Positions 1 to 9,644 of a stretch of DNA of 64,000 nt are shown one piece after another (within the stretch, counting starts at the first letter, position 1; every line of letters begins with the position of its first letter). The stretch lies in the sequence record OK322699.1. One strand, given 5' to 3'. This DNA comes from Escherichia phage Sa157lw. Below the pieces are notes generated by a model that saw only the letters and a list, made by a program, of their open reading frames with translations, did no database searches and had not been told where the DNA came from. Position numbers and translations under genes: made by a program.

Positions 1-536
1 AAGCGCAAGCCCGTGCTGAAGAAGTTCGCCGTCGTATGCTGGGCACAACCGTTGCTGAAGCAATCGCCGACGTTGAAAATCCGAAGGATGATCAGGCTTT
101 AGCGAACGCGAAGGCGGTTCTGGCCAAGAAATCTTCTGAAATGCGTCCTGCGTCTTCTACTGAAGAACGCAAGCGTCGTCATAACAAACGTGAAGAAATG
201 GTTGAAGCCGCTCGTGCTTCTAACTATGGTCCAATCCTGGCGGCGGTTGAAGCAGGGGTTACTCCTGAAGTATATTTGAGTTATGTGAACCCTGATATGC
301 GCTGGTTCCAGTTCCCTGTCACTGAATTGGCAGACGAAGCCAATCCGCATGCCCGCACTAACACCTATGTTGATCTGGCACCTATCGTTTCCGGCGGCTG
401 GGGTTTCAGTCTGTATGTGAATGGTAAGTCATTCACCAAGCGTCAGAAAATCAAAGAAACTGACGCTGAATCTCTGGTAAAGGCTATCAACGAATGGCTA
501 CCTCAGGCGTTAGCCGAAGCGAAAGCTGCTGCGTAA
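1..536 (+). CDS. hypothetical protein, C-terminal part (ORF enters from upstream of window)
   Basis: Frame open from base 3 to stop at 534-536; followed by hairpin plus T-run; no recognisable motif. Confidence 0.5.
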   Translation, partial: AQARAEEVRRRMLGTTVAEAIADVENPKDDQALANAKAVLAKKSSEMRPASSTEERKRRHNKREEMVEAARASNYGPILAAVEAGVTPEVYLSYVNPDMRWFQFPVTELADEANPHARTNTYVDLAPIVSGGWGFSLYVNGKSFTKRQKIKETDAESLVKAINEWLPQALAEAKAAA

Positions 537-564
537 TTTAACTCAGAAGCATTCAATAGATGAA

Positions 565-597
565 GGGGCTGCTATAATAGCAGCTCCTTTTGTTTAT
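565..597 (+). terminator. rho-independent terminator
   Basis: GGGGCTGCT-ATAAT-AGCAGCTCC stem-loop followed by TTTTGTTTAT. Confidence 0.55.
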
Positions 598-608
598 TGG
601 AGCACACC

Positions 609-1271
609 ATGTCGTATTCGCTCAAAGGGTTGTTGAAGCGCCCCGTACATCTGTTTGTAAAACCACCTGCTGTCGAAGGGGAATATCCGGCACGAGGAGA
701 GTTGTATTACGTTAAAGGCTCCAACGGTAGCGGCAAGTCCACTGTCCCTTCCTATCTGGCGGAGAATGATCCTCAGGCGTATGTCGTGACCTACAATGGC
801 AAGATCATGCTCACAGTTTGCCCTTCCTATAACATTATCTGTATTGGTAAATATGACAAGTCTAAGTCTAAAGGTGTTGATTCCCTGAAAGATACCGAGC
901 AGATGTTGTTCGCCTTGTCCATTGCTGATCAGCCGGAATATCTGAAATATGACGTGTTGTTTGAAGGAATCATCCCTTCAACTTTGCTCAGCTCATGGAT
1001 TCCCCGCCTGACGCGCCCACCGCGCGAATTAGTCGTGCTCTTCATGGACACCCCGCTTGAAACCTGTGTTTCCCGTGTGAAATCACGCAACGGCGGCGCA
1101 GACTTCAATGAAAGCCTGGTTGTCGAAAAGTGGGAGAGAGTTCATGACCACCGCCAACGGCATAAAGGCTTGTTCCCTACCGTTCCCGCAGGTATGATGA
1201 AGTCCAATGGCCTGACTATAGAGCAGGCTGTTTTTGCGTTTCTCAATCGTGATTTTGGGAGTATTGATTGA
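609..1271 (+). CDS. P-loop nucleotide/polynucleotide kinase-like protein
   Basis: Walker A GSNGSGKST near N-terminus (resembles the T4 Pnk kinase P-loop GCPGSGKST); ATG 609 preceded by GGAG; track ORF 597 begins at TTG. Confidence 0.55.
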   Translation: MSYSLKGLLKRPVHLFVKPPAVEGEYPARGELYYVKGSNGSGKSTVPSYLAENDPQAYVVTYNGKIMLTVCPSYNIICIGKYDKSKSKGVDSLKDTEQMLFALSIADQPEYLKYDVLFEGIIPSTLLSSWIPRLTRPPRELVVLFMDTPLETCVSRVKSRNGGADFNESLVVEKWERVHDHRQRHKGLFPTVPAGMMKSNGLTIEQAVFAFLNRDFGSID

Positions 1272-2311
1272 TGGAAATTTTTGCTTTAAACAATAATGAT
1301 ATGCTGAAGAAGGCTGTGTTGGCCATCCGTGAACACGGCATTGAGTCAGATCCTGGCAACGCAGAGATTAACACTGACGGCACTCGTTTCATTGATGGTG
1401 TAACAATTACAGTATCAGATCCACGTGACCGTTGGCTTTCCGTTGAAGGCCGCAACTCGTCGGCAATTGCTGCCATCGGTGAGACATTCTGGGTGTTGTC
1501 CGGACGTAATGATATCCGTTTCCTTTCGAAAGTCTTACCCCGCGCCGCCAACTTCTCTGATGACGGTGTAACCTGGCGAGGCGCGTATGGCCCACGTCTG
1601 TACAATAATGGCCAGTTGGATAGTGTCATCAGCCGTCTGCGTAATAATCCCAACACCCGTCAGGCGTATCTCACCATCTATGATCCGGCGCTGGACTCAG
1701 ATGAAGGTTTGGCCACCCATAGTGAAACTGGAGAAGCCAAGACCAAGGACATGATCTGTAATCTTGCTCTATTGTTCAGTATAACAGAAGGGCGATTGAA
1801 TATCACTGTCATTAACCGCAGCCAAGATGTCTTGTGGGGCATGAGTTCAATCAATTTCATTGAATTCTCTATCCTGCAAGAAGTTCTGGCGAAAGTGCTG
1901 AATGTCGAAGTTGGGTATTACAAACTGTTTTCTAACAATCTTCATTATTACAACAATGAAGTTAGTCGGAAACAACTCGGGGGTATCACTAAGAAGACCA
2001 AAACTTCTTCTGGGATGTACAATTCTTTGCTGGAATTCTCTTCAGAAAAAGTGAAGTCCCAAAAAGATATTTGTAATCTATTCCTCGGCGTGTTACAACA
2101 CTGTGACATCGGCAGTGATTTTGGTAAAATCAGAGAACATCTGAAAGGATATCAAGCAGACACGGGATTGATGATGGATATGTCATATTGCCTGTGGTGT
2201 CGCCTCAATGATACCAAAATTGACAAACGCCGTATCGCTGATGACGGTCTTCGTACTGCATTACTGCATTCCCCTGTTGATCAGAAATTTATGTGGGGGT
2301 ATGGCGAATGA
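1271..2311 (+). CDS. thymidylate synthase-family enzyme (ThyA or dUMP hydroxymethylase)
   Basis: TS-fold motifs RQAYLTIYDP, Cys in DMICNLAL, RSQDVLWGMSSINF with Asn at the pyrimidine-specifying position; about 80-aa C-terminal extension. Confidence 0.7.
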   Translation: MEIFALNNNDMLKKAVLAIREHGIESDPGNAEINTDGTRFIDGVTITVSDPRDRWLSVEGRNSSAIAAIGETFWVLSGRNDIRFLSKVLPRAANFSDDGVTWRGAYGPRLYNNGQLDSVISRLRNNPNTRQAYLTIYDPALDSDEGLATHSETGEAKTKDMICNLALLFSITEGRLNITVINRSQDVLWGMSSINFIEFSILQEVLAKVLNVEVGYYKLFSNNLHYYNNEVSRKQLGGITKKTKTSSGMYNSLLEFSSEKVKSQKDICNLFLGVLQHCDIGSDFGKIREHLKGYQADTGLMMDMSYCLWCRLNDTKIDKRRIADDGLRTALLHSPVDQKFMWGYGE

Positions 2312-2877
2312 TGTACCAGAACCTTGAATTCTTCACGGGGCGCAAGCGCTCCGGCAAGGACTTCTGTTTGGAGTCCCTGATCAGGTTTCATCATATTCAG
2401 GGTGATAAGGATATTCGTCGTCTGTCTTTCTCAGATGAACTGCGACGTGTCGCCAATTTCATCTACCCATGGCTACCAGCGGAGGTGGAGGATGCTGTGA
2501 AGGACGTTCCATTCGTACACCCTGATAACCCCAAGGGCTTAACCCCACGGCAGATCTGGCTTCATCTGGGCAGCGATACGGGCTTGCGTTATGTACAACC
2601 AGACCTGTTCCTGTCATTCTTTAAACGATATCAACTTCCTTTGGTGGAGCAGAACCCACACGTTCATTATATCGTGAGTGATTTGCGTACCCCTCAGGAA
2701 TATGAATGGGCGCTGAGCACTAAATGTCCCATCACCCGCATTTCAAAGGCGGATCGCGGTGGTATCATAGAGGATGACATTGAGGCTTTCATTGATAAGA
2801 TGGAAGTTGATTATGAATTTGTCAATCCGTTTGAAGGTTGGCAACCGTTCGTCAAATTTTATAGGGATCGGAAATGA
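2308..2877 (+). CDS. deoxynucleoside monophosphate kinase (T4 gp1-like)
   Basis: N-terminal FTGRKRSGKD resembles T4 gp1 LSGVKRSGKDT; ATG overlaps upstream stop. Confidence 0.6.
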   Translation: MMYQNLEFFTGRKRSGKDFCLESLIRFHHIQGDKDIRRLSFSDELRRVANFIYPWLPAEVEDAVKDVPFVHPDNPKGLTPRQIWLHLGSDTGLRYVQPDLFLSFFKRYQLPLVEQNPHVHYIVSDLRTPQEYEWALSTKCPITRISKADRGGIIEDDIEAFIDKMEVDYEFVNPFEGWQPFVKFYRDRK

Positions 2878-3431
2878 TCACAGCAGAGCATATTAAAAGT
2901 CTGCTCGAACTTCAAAAGGCCACCAACGTGGCCTATTTTGGGGAAGAGTGGAAGAATGTATGGAGTCAGAACGCCGTCGTCAACTCCATATATCGTGAGT
3001 GGGCAGAGTTTCTTGACGAAACGACCGCCGACTGGAAGGTCTATGGTAACGATATCGGCTTCGACCGCACGAAGGCGGTCTATGAACTGGTGGACGTGGT
3101 TCACTTCATGCTGTGTTTCATCCTCGTCGATCGCACCAAAGGAGAGATCGAGGAAGAATTAGAGGAAATGTCTAAGGATAGTTATGCCATGTCTATCGTT
3201 AACGGCATAGTTGCCCACGGCGGGGTGACCTACCGCTTTGGACAGTTCATGGGCGATCCTTGCGTTCGTTCCCTGATGTATTTCCTGAGCGCGTCTTGCT
3301 CTTACGTGGGGCTGGACGCCGAAACTTACATGCTGGCACACAAACGCAAAAATGATCGCAATCGGCTGCGTGCTGCTGGCGGTGCGAACTACGATAAGTC
3401 CGCAGAAACCCCTCTGACCCTGGAGTTCTAA
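2874..3431 (+). CDS. all-alpha dNTP pyrophosphatase (T4 gp56 dCTPase/dUTPase-like)
   Basis: YELVDVVHFML and acidic EEELEE segments resemble T4 gp56 ELVDIFHFVL region. Confidence 0.45.
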   Translation: MITAEHIKSLLELQKATNVAYFGEEWKNVWSQNAVVNSIYREWAEFLDETTADWKVYGNDIGFDRTKAVYELVDVVHFMLCFILVDRTKGEIEEELEEMSKDSYAMSIVNGIVAHGGVTYRFGQFMGDPCVRSLMYFLSASCSYVGLDAETYMLAHKRKNDRNRLRAAGGANYDKSAETPLTLEF

Positions 3432-3961
3432 TGTTTACAGTTGTCGTATCATATTATGCGGAACATGCCCCGCGCATGGCAGAGAACTTCGCTGAGTTTA
3501 TTAAACCAGGCGGTCATGTCGTTATTGCGACCAATTTCAAGAAAGAGCCAGATGGTGCGGCTACTGTAACACAACATATTACAACCAAAGAGCCGGAAAC
3601 ACTTTTTAAACGCATTGAAGATTTTGCTTTTGGCGGGGAAGAAATTCCAGAGTCATTACAGCATATCTATTTTGAAGATGCGATATATTATGTTCATGCT
3701 ATACCAAAAGATGTTACAACCGAACAACTAATGTATGTTTTGAATATTGCGTTAAATTTGTCATGTGTCAATAGGGCACAGCATAATCGTCTGCGCAATA
3801 TGTATTTAACAGAACGCGGGGGTTCCGGAATCAGTGATGAAAAACTCCCGTCGGTAATGGCAATTCAAGAAGCAATTAACATATTGTCCAAGAAAGTCTT
3901 GGGCACCGATTTATTAATCACGATCAACAAGCAAGAGGAAACGAAATGGCCGATTCATTGA
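3431..3961 (+). CDS. hypothetical protein with SAM-methyltransferase motif II-III-like N-terminus
   Basis: FTVVVSYYAEH...FAEFIKPGGHVVIAT resembles class I MTase motifs II-III but no upstream GxGxG motif. Confidence 0.4.
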   Translation: MFTVVVSYYAEHAPRMAENFAEFIKPGGHVVIATNFKKEPDGAATVTQHITTKEPETLFKRIEDFAFGGEEIPESLQHIYFEDAIYYVHAIPKDVTTEQLMYVLNIALNLSCVNRAQHNRLRNMYLTERGGSGISDEKLPSVMAIQEAINILSKKVLGTDLLITINKQEETKWPIH

Positions 3962-5031
3962 TGGCTCGCATGCTCAAGACAGCAAAGAAATTGGATCCGA
4001 ATGCCGAAGTGCTGTCTAAAACCGATGCGCTGAAGCCTGATATTATTTGTAGCACGGGTATTCCTATCCTGAATTTGGCCTGGTCTGGTCGTATTGATGG
4101 TGGGCTGATATCTGGTATTAAGCAGTTGGTGGGTGATTCTCGTACATTCAAAACCATGTTTGGTCTGGTAGATGTCAAGGCTTACATGGACAAGTTTCCC
4201 GACGCAATTTGTATCTTCGCGGATTCGGAAGGCGGCGCGAATGAAAACTATTGGACGTCCATGGGTATAGACATGGATCGTGTTTTATATCTGCCGATCG
4301 AAAACGTTGAAAAGACGAAGATCAAGCTGACTCAACTTCTGAATGATGCCCAAAAAGGCGATAAAATCATCGTCTTTATTGACTCAATCAGCCAGTTGCC
4401 GTCTACCAAAGAAGTGGATGACGCCATCGCGGGTAAAGATACACAAGATATGACCCGCGCTCGTGCTCTCAATAGTTTTTGGCGTGTCATCACTCCGTTG
4501 GTCACTGAAAAGAAATTCGTTTTGGTGTGGATCAACTCTTATTATGATGAAATCGGGAACCAGTATGCCGAACCAAATATCAAAGGCGGTAAGCAAGGTT
4601 TCCTATCATCTAACCAATTGTGGTTCATCACCCGTTCCCAAGTTAAGGAAGACAAAGATCTTCTGGGTTGGCAATTCACTGTTAACATCATGAAAGGCCG
4701 CTTTGTTCGTGAAAAAGCCAAGTTCCCTGTGACGGTATTGTATGAAGGCGGTATTGACCGTTGGTCTGGCATGTTGGAAATTGCACGCATGCTGGGATAT
4801 GTTGATCTGGTGAGCGGTTCCTGGTATCAGCGTACAGCCAAAGGCGGGTTTGATCCAGAGAAAGAGAAGAAATATCGCAAGTCAGAGCTGGGGGATGACT
4901 TCTGGTATCCACTGCTGGAAAACCCAGATTTTGTTGACGATGTAAACAATATGTTCGGTATCTCTCAGAGTTCGGTTATGCCTGCAGATATGCTGGAGCG
5001 TCTCGATCATGTCATCAAAACAACCGAGTAA
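3946..5031 (+). CDS. uvsX: UvsX recombinase (RecA-like)
   Basis: Collinear similarity to T4 UvsX: GIPILNLAWSGRIDGGL, FKTMFGL, DAICIFADSE, IIVFIDSISQL, DMTRARALNSFWRVITP. Confidence 0.9.
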   Translation: MADSLMARMLKTAKKLDPNAEVLSKTDALKPDIICSTGIPILNLAWSGRIDGGLISGIKQLVGDSRTFKTMFGLVDVKAYMDKFPDAICIFADSEGGANENYWTSMGIDMDRVLYLPIENVEKTKIKLTQLLNDAQKGDKIIVFIDSISQLPSTKEVDDAIAGKDTQDMTRARALNSFWRVITPLVTEKKFVLVWINSYYDEIGNQYAEPNIKGGKQGFLSSNQLWFITRSQVKEDKDLLGWQFTVNIMKGRFVREKAKFPVTVLYEGGIDRWSGMLEIARMLGYVDLVSGSWYQRTAKGGFDPEKEKKYRKSELGDDFWYPLLENPDFVDDVNNMFGISQSSVMPADMLERLDHVIKTTE

Positions 5032-5338
5032 TATTGCAGGGGGAGGAGACTCCCCCGTTAATTACAAAATCATCGACCCTGGTTCTGATCAGTTAGCTAT
5101 TATCGAAATAACGGAAGGCAAGTTCCGCGGTGTTCAATTTCGTATAGGAAAAGTGGGTGTCCATGTAGACAATGGAGAACCTCGGTTATCCTTTACGACG
5201 GATATATTGAAGAAGCCATGGCGTTTGTTATTTGTTAATTTGAAAGAAAATGACTTGTTCACTGTGGTGTCTGGGGATATCTTAGTTGATCTGATACAGC
5301 AAAATGCTCAGGATTACAACAAAATTTTGGTGGGGTGA
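5009..5338 (+). CDS. hypothetical protein
   Basis: 109-aa ORF overlapping uvsX end; no motif recognised. Confidence 0.35.
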   Translation: MSSKQPSNIAGGGDSPVNYKIIDPGSDQLAIIEITEGKFRGVQFRIGKVGVHVDNGEPRLSFTTDILKKPWRLLFVNLKENDLFTVVSGDILVDLIQQNAQDYNKILVG

Positions 5339-5350
5339 GTCTGGAGTCCT

Positions 5351-5833
5351 ATGTTAACACAGCAGTCTCTTAAAGAAATACTACATTATAATGAAGACAC
5401 TGGTTGGTTTACATGGTTGGTGGACCGTGGTGGTACTGCTAAAGCCGGAACTCGAGCGGGTTCTTTGAAACCTGACGGATACAGGGCAATAAGAATCGGA
5501 GATAAGAAATATTTAGAACATAGATTAGCATTTCTCTACAAAACTGGTTCTTGGCCGAAGAAATTAGTTGATCACAAAAACCGGATAAGGGACGACAATC
5601 GTTGGTTGAACTTGAGAGAATCCAATAAAAGTCAGAATGCGGTCAACACAGATTTGTACAGCCATAATACCACAGGTGCGAGAGGCGTGTTTCGATACAA
5701 GGGTAGGTGGTGCGTGCAAATCAGAGTTGACGGGAAATATAGATCGTTCGGGTATTACAATGAATTCGAAGAAGCAAAGGAAATGGCAGACAAGGTCTAC
5801 AAAGATTTGTTCGGAGAATTTTATCAAGGCTAG
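5351..5833 (+). CDS. HNH homing endonuclease with AP2-like DNA-binding domain
   Basis: HKNRIRDDNRWLNLR (HNH core) and GVFRYKGRWCVQIRVDGKYRSFGYY (AP2-like). Confidence 0.7.
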   Translation: MLTQQSLKEILHYNEDTGWFTWLVDRGGTAKAGTRAGSLKPDGYRAIRIGDKKYLEHRLAFLYKTGSWPKKLVDHKNRIRDDNRWLNLRESNKSQNAVNTDLYSHNTTGARGVFRYKGRWCVQIRVDGKYRSFGYYNEFEEAKEMADKVYKDLFGEFYQG

Positions 5834-5873
5834 TGATTGTCCTCTGTCAAACCAAATAATTTAGGAACACAAT

Positions 5874-7298
5874 ATGTTACTCGAATCTGTCGTGCTTTCC
5901 CAATTAATCTACAATGAAGAATATCAAAGAAAGATCCAGCCGTATTTGAAAGCCGATTATTTCGATAACGAAGGCGAGAAGATTATATTTGGTCTTATAG
6001 ACCATTACACTTGCGAATATAATGCTCGTCCTTCGGTTGAAGCGCTGTCTATTATGCTGGAAAAGACTTCGCTCAACGAACACGTATTTGATCAGGCCAT
6101 TTCTGCTCTTGAAAATATTAATGACAATACTTTTCATCAGGACTGGTTAGTAAAAGAAACAGAAAGTTGGGCGCGTCAGAAAGCTGTTCATAACGCAATT
6201 AGACAAGCCGTTAACATATACGGCGATGAGAAACGCAAAGATGAGATGAACAACATCCCTACTTTGCTGCAAGAAGCCCTGGCGATTCAGTTTGATTCAT
6301 ATCTCGGTCACATCTATTGGGAAATGGCTGAGCAACAATACGACCACATGAACTCTAATGAAGCGAAGATCCCTTTCGCCGTAGAGATATTCAACAAAGC
6401 AACTCGTGGTGGTGTTGGCAAGAAGACATTGAACATCGTTACAGGCGCAATCAACGCAGGTAAGACAACAACTCTGATTGATTTGGCTGCTGGTTATGCT
6501 GAGCAGGGGTTGAATGTGTTCGTATTCACCCTCGAAGTGGCCGAGAACGTCTGGCGACACCGCCTTGATGCCCGTATGATGCGCAGGGACTTCGAGTCCT
6601 TAGAGAAGCTCTCACGGCACGAGTATATTGCCACCATACAAAAACTGAGAACCCGTCAAGACGGTTCCATGAAGGGTGATATTGTTATCAAGGAATATCC
6701 TTCGGGCGCGGGGCATACAGGTTTGTATCGTCGCGATATTCTTGATTATGCGACTGCAACAGGAATTACGCCTGATGTTATCATCATTGACTACCTGGGG
6801 GAATCTGCGTCTTCTCGCCTTCCCGCTCACTTGATGCAAAACACCAACGTGTATTATACATCCGTGGCGCGGGAATTCCGTGCTCTTGGGTTTGAGTTTG
6901 ATTGCCCTGTTTGGACAGGCATGCAGTTTAACCGTGAAAAGCAATCAGCAACTGATGGTGATATCAGTGACTTGGCAGACGCTATCGGTATCCCGAAGGT
7001 CGCTGACTTTATCATGGCATTTTATGCCCCAGACGAACTGGCGGCTGTTAAGAAAGCCAGAGCATCAATCTTGAAAAATCGTTATGCCAACAAGCAGAAA
7101 CTCAAATCTTTCTTGTTCGGTATGGACCAAGATAAACAGATATTGTTCGACTTGGACTGGAATGAAGTCAAACGAGACCTGACTGATGAAGAAGCCCGTT
7201 ATGTTGAAAACGTGCATATCAAGCATGACTTGAATAAAACGGGGGACTCAAATGATGTTAAAAAAGCCGAGACCGTCAATAGTTGGAATTTCGGTTAA
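5874..7298 (+). CDS. replicative DNA helicase (T4 gp41 / DnaB-like)
   Basis: Walker A GAINAGKTT, Walker B-like IIIDYLGE, DnaB-like N-terminal domain. Confidence 0.85.
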   Translation: MLLESVVLSQLIYNEEYQRKIQPYLKADYFDNEGEKIIFGLIDHYTCEYNARPSVEALSIMLEKTSLNEHVFDQAISALENINDNTFHQDWLVKETESWARQKAVHNAIRQAVNIYGDEKRKDEMNNIPTLLQEALAIQFDSYLGHIYWEMAEQQYDHMNSNEAKIPFAVEIFNKATRGGVGKKTLNIVTGAINAGKTTTLIDLAAGYAEQGLNVFVFTLEVAENVWRHRLDARMMRRDFESLEKLSRHEYIATIQKLRTRQDGSMKGDIVIKEYPSGAGHTGLYRRDILDYATATGITPDVIIIDYLGESASSRLPAHLMQNTNVYYTSVAREFRALGFEFDCPVWTGMQFNREKQSATDGDISDLADAIGIPKVADFIMAFYAPDELAAVKKARASILKNRYANKQKLKSFLFGMDQDKQILFDLDWNEVKRDLTDEEARYVENVHIKHDLNKTGDSNDVKKAETVNSWNFG

Positions 7299-7327
7299 CT
7301 TCAATAATGGTGGTCATAGGGTATAAT
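7299..7327 (+). promoter_or_regulatory. sigma70-like promoter candidate
   Basis: CTTCAATAA then 16 nt then TATAAT, about 35 nt upstream of ATG 7362. Confidence 0.3.
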
Positions 7328-7361
7328 CTCTATGATCTGAATATTAACCCAGGAGCACATC

Positions 7362-7694
7362 ATGTCGGATGTTGCATTTATAGCTGACCTGATTCAGGCG
7401 GCACAACAGGTGTGCCAGTCTGGACAAACCAGTCTCAGTCTCTCTACAGAGCAGACATTGGAATTTTACAAGAATCGACGGCATTGGGGTAAGGCTGTTA
7501 AGATACATTGCGAACCAGGAGAATTGGTTCAGCTCGATCTTCCATCTTTCCCGTTGCCAGTGCAGACCAATACTCAGGAATATTATAAAGTTGAAGGTGT
7601 CGACATTATTCCTAAGTTTGGTTTCCACAGTATCGTTTATTTCTTCCTGCGCCGTTTGGGGACCAGTATTGGCCCACTCGGTTCTCGTCATTAA
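7362..7694 (+). CDS. hypothetical protein
   Basis: 110-aa ORF in + operon, no motif. Confidence 0.4.
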   Translation: MSDVAFIADLIQAAQQVCQSGQTSLSLSTEQTLEFYKNRRHWGKAVKIHCEPGELVQLDLPSFPLPVQTNTQEYYKVEGVDIIPKFGFHSIVYFFLRRLGTSIGPLGSRH

Positions 7695-7706
7695 TGAGGA
7701 TATGTT

Positions 7707-8018
7707 ATGTCAGTTGAACAAATCGGGTTTTACCAACTTCCTTCTGATCCCAAGCTGCGTCAAAAGATGATGCAGACATTGGAAAATTGCCGCGCCGCCC
7801 AGATCCGTATCAAGTCTGAACAGACATTTGTTACCGAAGCTCTGGCCGAATTGGCAAAAGAAACAGGCATCAAAGCCGTTGATCTGCGCAAAGTCGTTAC
7901 TGACCGCGCTGGCGGAACATACACCAAGACCATCGAGACCAGCGCCAAATACCAAGATCTCTATGAGTCTCTGTATCCTAATGCAGCGCCTGATCGCGCA
8001 GCCGATCCTCAGCCATAA
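7707..8018 (+). CDS. hypothetical protein
   Basis: 103-aa ORF, RBS GAGGA upstream. Confidence 0.4.
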   Translation: MSVEQIGFYQLPSDPKLRQKMMQTLENCRAAQIRIKSEQTFVTEALAELAKETGIKAVDLRKVVTDRAGGTYTKTIETSAKYQDLYESLYPNAAPDRAADPQP

Positions 8019-8030
8019 ATCCCCCAGAAA

Positions 8031-8058
8031 GCCCAACAAATTGTTGGGCTTTTTATTT
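8031..8058 (+). terminator. rho-independent terminator
   Basis: GCCCAACA-AAT-TGTTGGGC stem-loop followed by TTTTTATTT. Confidence 0.55.
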
Positions 8059-8136
8059 GAAACCTTTACTTCAATAAAACATACGGCTATCATTTAACCT
8101 ACTTTGAAAAGTTTCACTATATCATGAGAGGCAAAT

Positions 8137-9330
8137 ATGAAAGCCAAGACCTTCAGTATTCCTATCGACAACATTGGTCGTGTCAAGGAACGTCTGGCCA
8201 AACTTGAAAGAACGGCCAAGCGCCTGAATCTCGAGTTCCCTCTTGTCGAATACAGCGAACCATACAAAACCCAGCATCGCGATTCTATCACTGGTGAAAA
8301 ATTCTATCGGTGGTGGCAGGATTGTACACTCACTGGTGAAGGCATCGACCGCCCTGTTTCCTACGGCGGGTGGAGCATTATTGGACAATTCAATCACCAA
8401 TATCCAAAAGTCATCTTGAATAAATTAGCAGATGACATCCACCCTAATTTCATTCAAAGATTCGAAGCCGAAAACGTGTCTTGGTGTGAGCATTGTAATA
8501 AATCTGTGCGTCGTCATAACACATATGTTGTTCGTAACGAACAATCCGGCGCTCAAATGTTGGTCGGCAGTAGCTGTATGCACCATTACGTTCCTCATCA
8601 GAAATCGCTTGATGCCGTGATGTCTTATTATATGTCGATACATGAAATGTTCTCACCTGATGAAGATGACCCTGAAGGCATCTATCGAGTGAACGAACCT
8701 GATTACGTTGACACTGAAGGTTATTTGCGGAATTGCTTTCAGGTTCTGCTATCTGGTATGAGTATGAAGAGCGATGATTTTGGTCGAGTTCTTGGTCATA
8801 TTTCTAGCGGGACTCGTCCGGAGAAAGGTTCTGACATTGAGATATTCTATAACAAGGCAGTTAAAGCCCGTGAAGATGCTCAATCAGAGATGTACCATAT
8901 GATGCTTTTCATCGCCGCGTTGTCTGAGAACAATGATTTCAACGTTCGTCTGAAACGTATGTGTGAACCTGGATATCACCTCGTTAAGGACTCCACGACA
9001 GTTCGTTGGGGAGCAGCAAAGTATTATGATTATATCCACACCCCCCGCCAAATGCGTTCTGTATCAAATTGGGTGGGGGGAGTCGGTGAAATGTTAGAAG
9101 TGCAAGTCAAATTCGAAGCAAGGATTTTCCTGTATTCATCTGATTATGGTGACACGTATCTGTATACTTTCAAAACCAAAGAAGGCAATACCATTACATG
9201 GAAGACTTCTTATATGGAAACCGAATTCCTGGAAGGTGATATGATCATTCGTGGTCGCGTCAAAGAATTGACCGAATTCAAAGATGTTAAACAAACTCAG
9301 GTAACAAGGGCAAAACTGAGGAAATTATGA
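8137..9330 (+). CDS. hypothetical protein with Cys/His cluster
   Basis: 397 aa; WCEHCNKSVRRH...GSSCMHHY possible zinc site; RBS GAGAGG. Confidence 0.5.
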   Translation: MKAKTFSIPIDNIGRVKERLAKLERTAKRLNLEFPLVEYSEPYKTQHRDSITGEKFYRWWQDCTLTGEGIDRPVSYGGWSIIGQFNHQYPKVILNKLADDIHPNFIQRFEAENVSWCEHCNKSVRRHNTYVVRNEQSGAQMLVGSSCMHHYVPHQKSLDAVMSYYMSIHEMFSPDEDDPEGIYRVNEPDYVDTEGYLRNCFQVLLSGMSMKSDDFGRVLGHISSGTRPEKGSDIEIFYNKAVKAREDAQSEMYHMMLFIAALSENNDFNVRLKRMCEPGYHLVKDSTTVRWGAAKYYDYIHTPRQMRSVSNWVGGVGEMLEVQVKFEARIFLYSSDYGDTYLYTFKTKEGNTITWKTSYMETEFLEGDMIIRGRVKELTEFKDVKQTQVTRAKLRKL

Positions 9331-9443
9331 TTCTTTTACAATTTGTTTTGAAAGCATTTGCATTCGGTCTTATCGCATGCGGAGTGATCACAGCTATGCT
9401 GTTAATCATAGCCCTGATCATCCCCTTTAAGAGGAAGAAATGA

Positions 9444-9644
9444 ATGAAGCGCGAAATTAAGGATGTGTATGATCCTGGATCTTGTTGCCCAGGACACGAC
9501 AAATATCCTTCAGAAAAATATAAAAATCGTCGTTCTGTAGCTAAACGTTCCGAGGGGATAAAGAAAGAACATCGTCACGCTCGCCGTGTTAAGCGCCTTG
9601 CGTTGAAAATCGATATATTCTATTCACCTCAGGAGGATTTTTAA
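9444..9644 (+). CDS. small basic hypothetical protein
   Basis: 66-aa ORF. Confidence 0.3.
   Translation: MKREIKDVYDPGSCCPGHDKYPSEKYKNRRSVAKRSEGIKKEHRHARRVKRLALKIDIFYSPQEDF

Noticed and set aside
99-350. 83-aa minus-strand ORF inside the first plus-strand gene
   Set aside because: Arg-rich, low-complexity translation, fully antisense to a better ORF; likely spurious.
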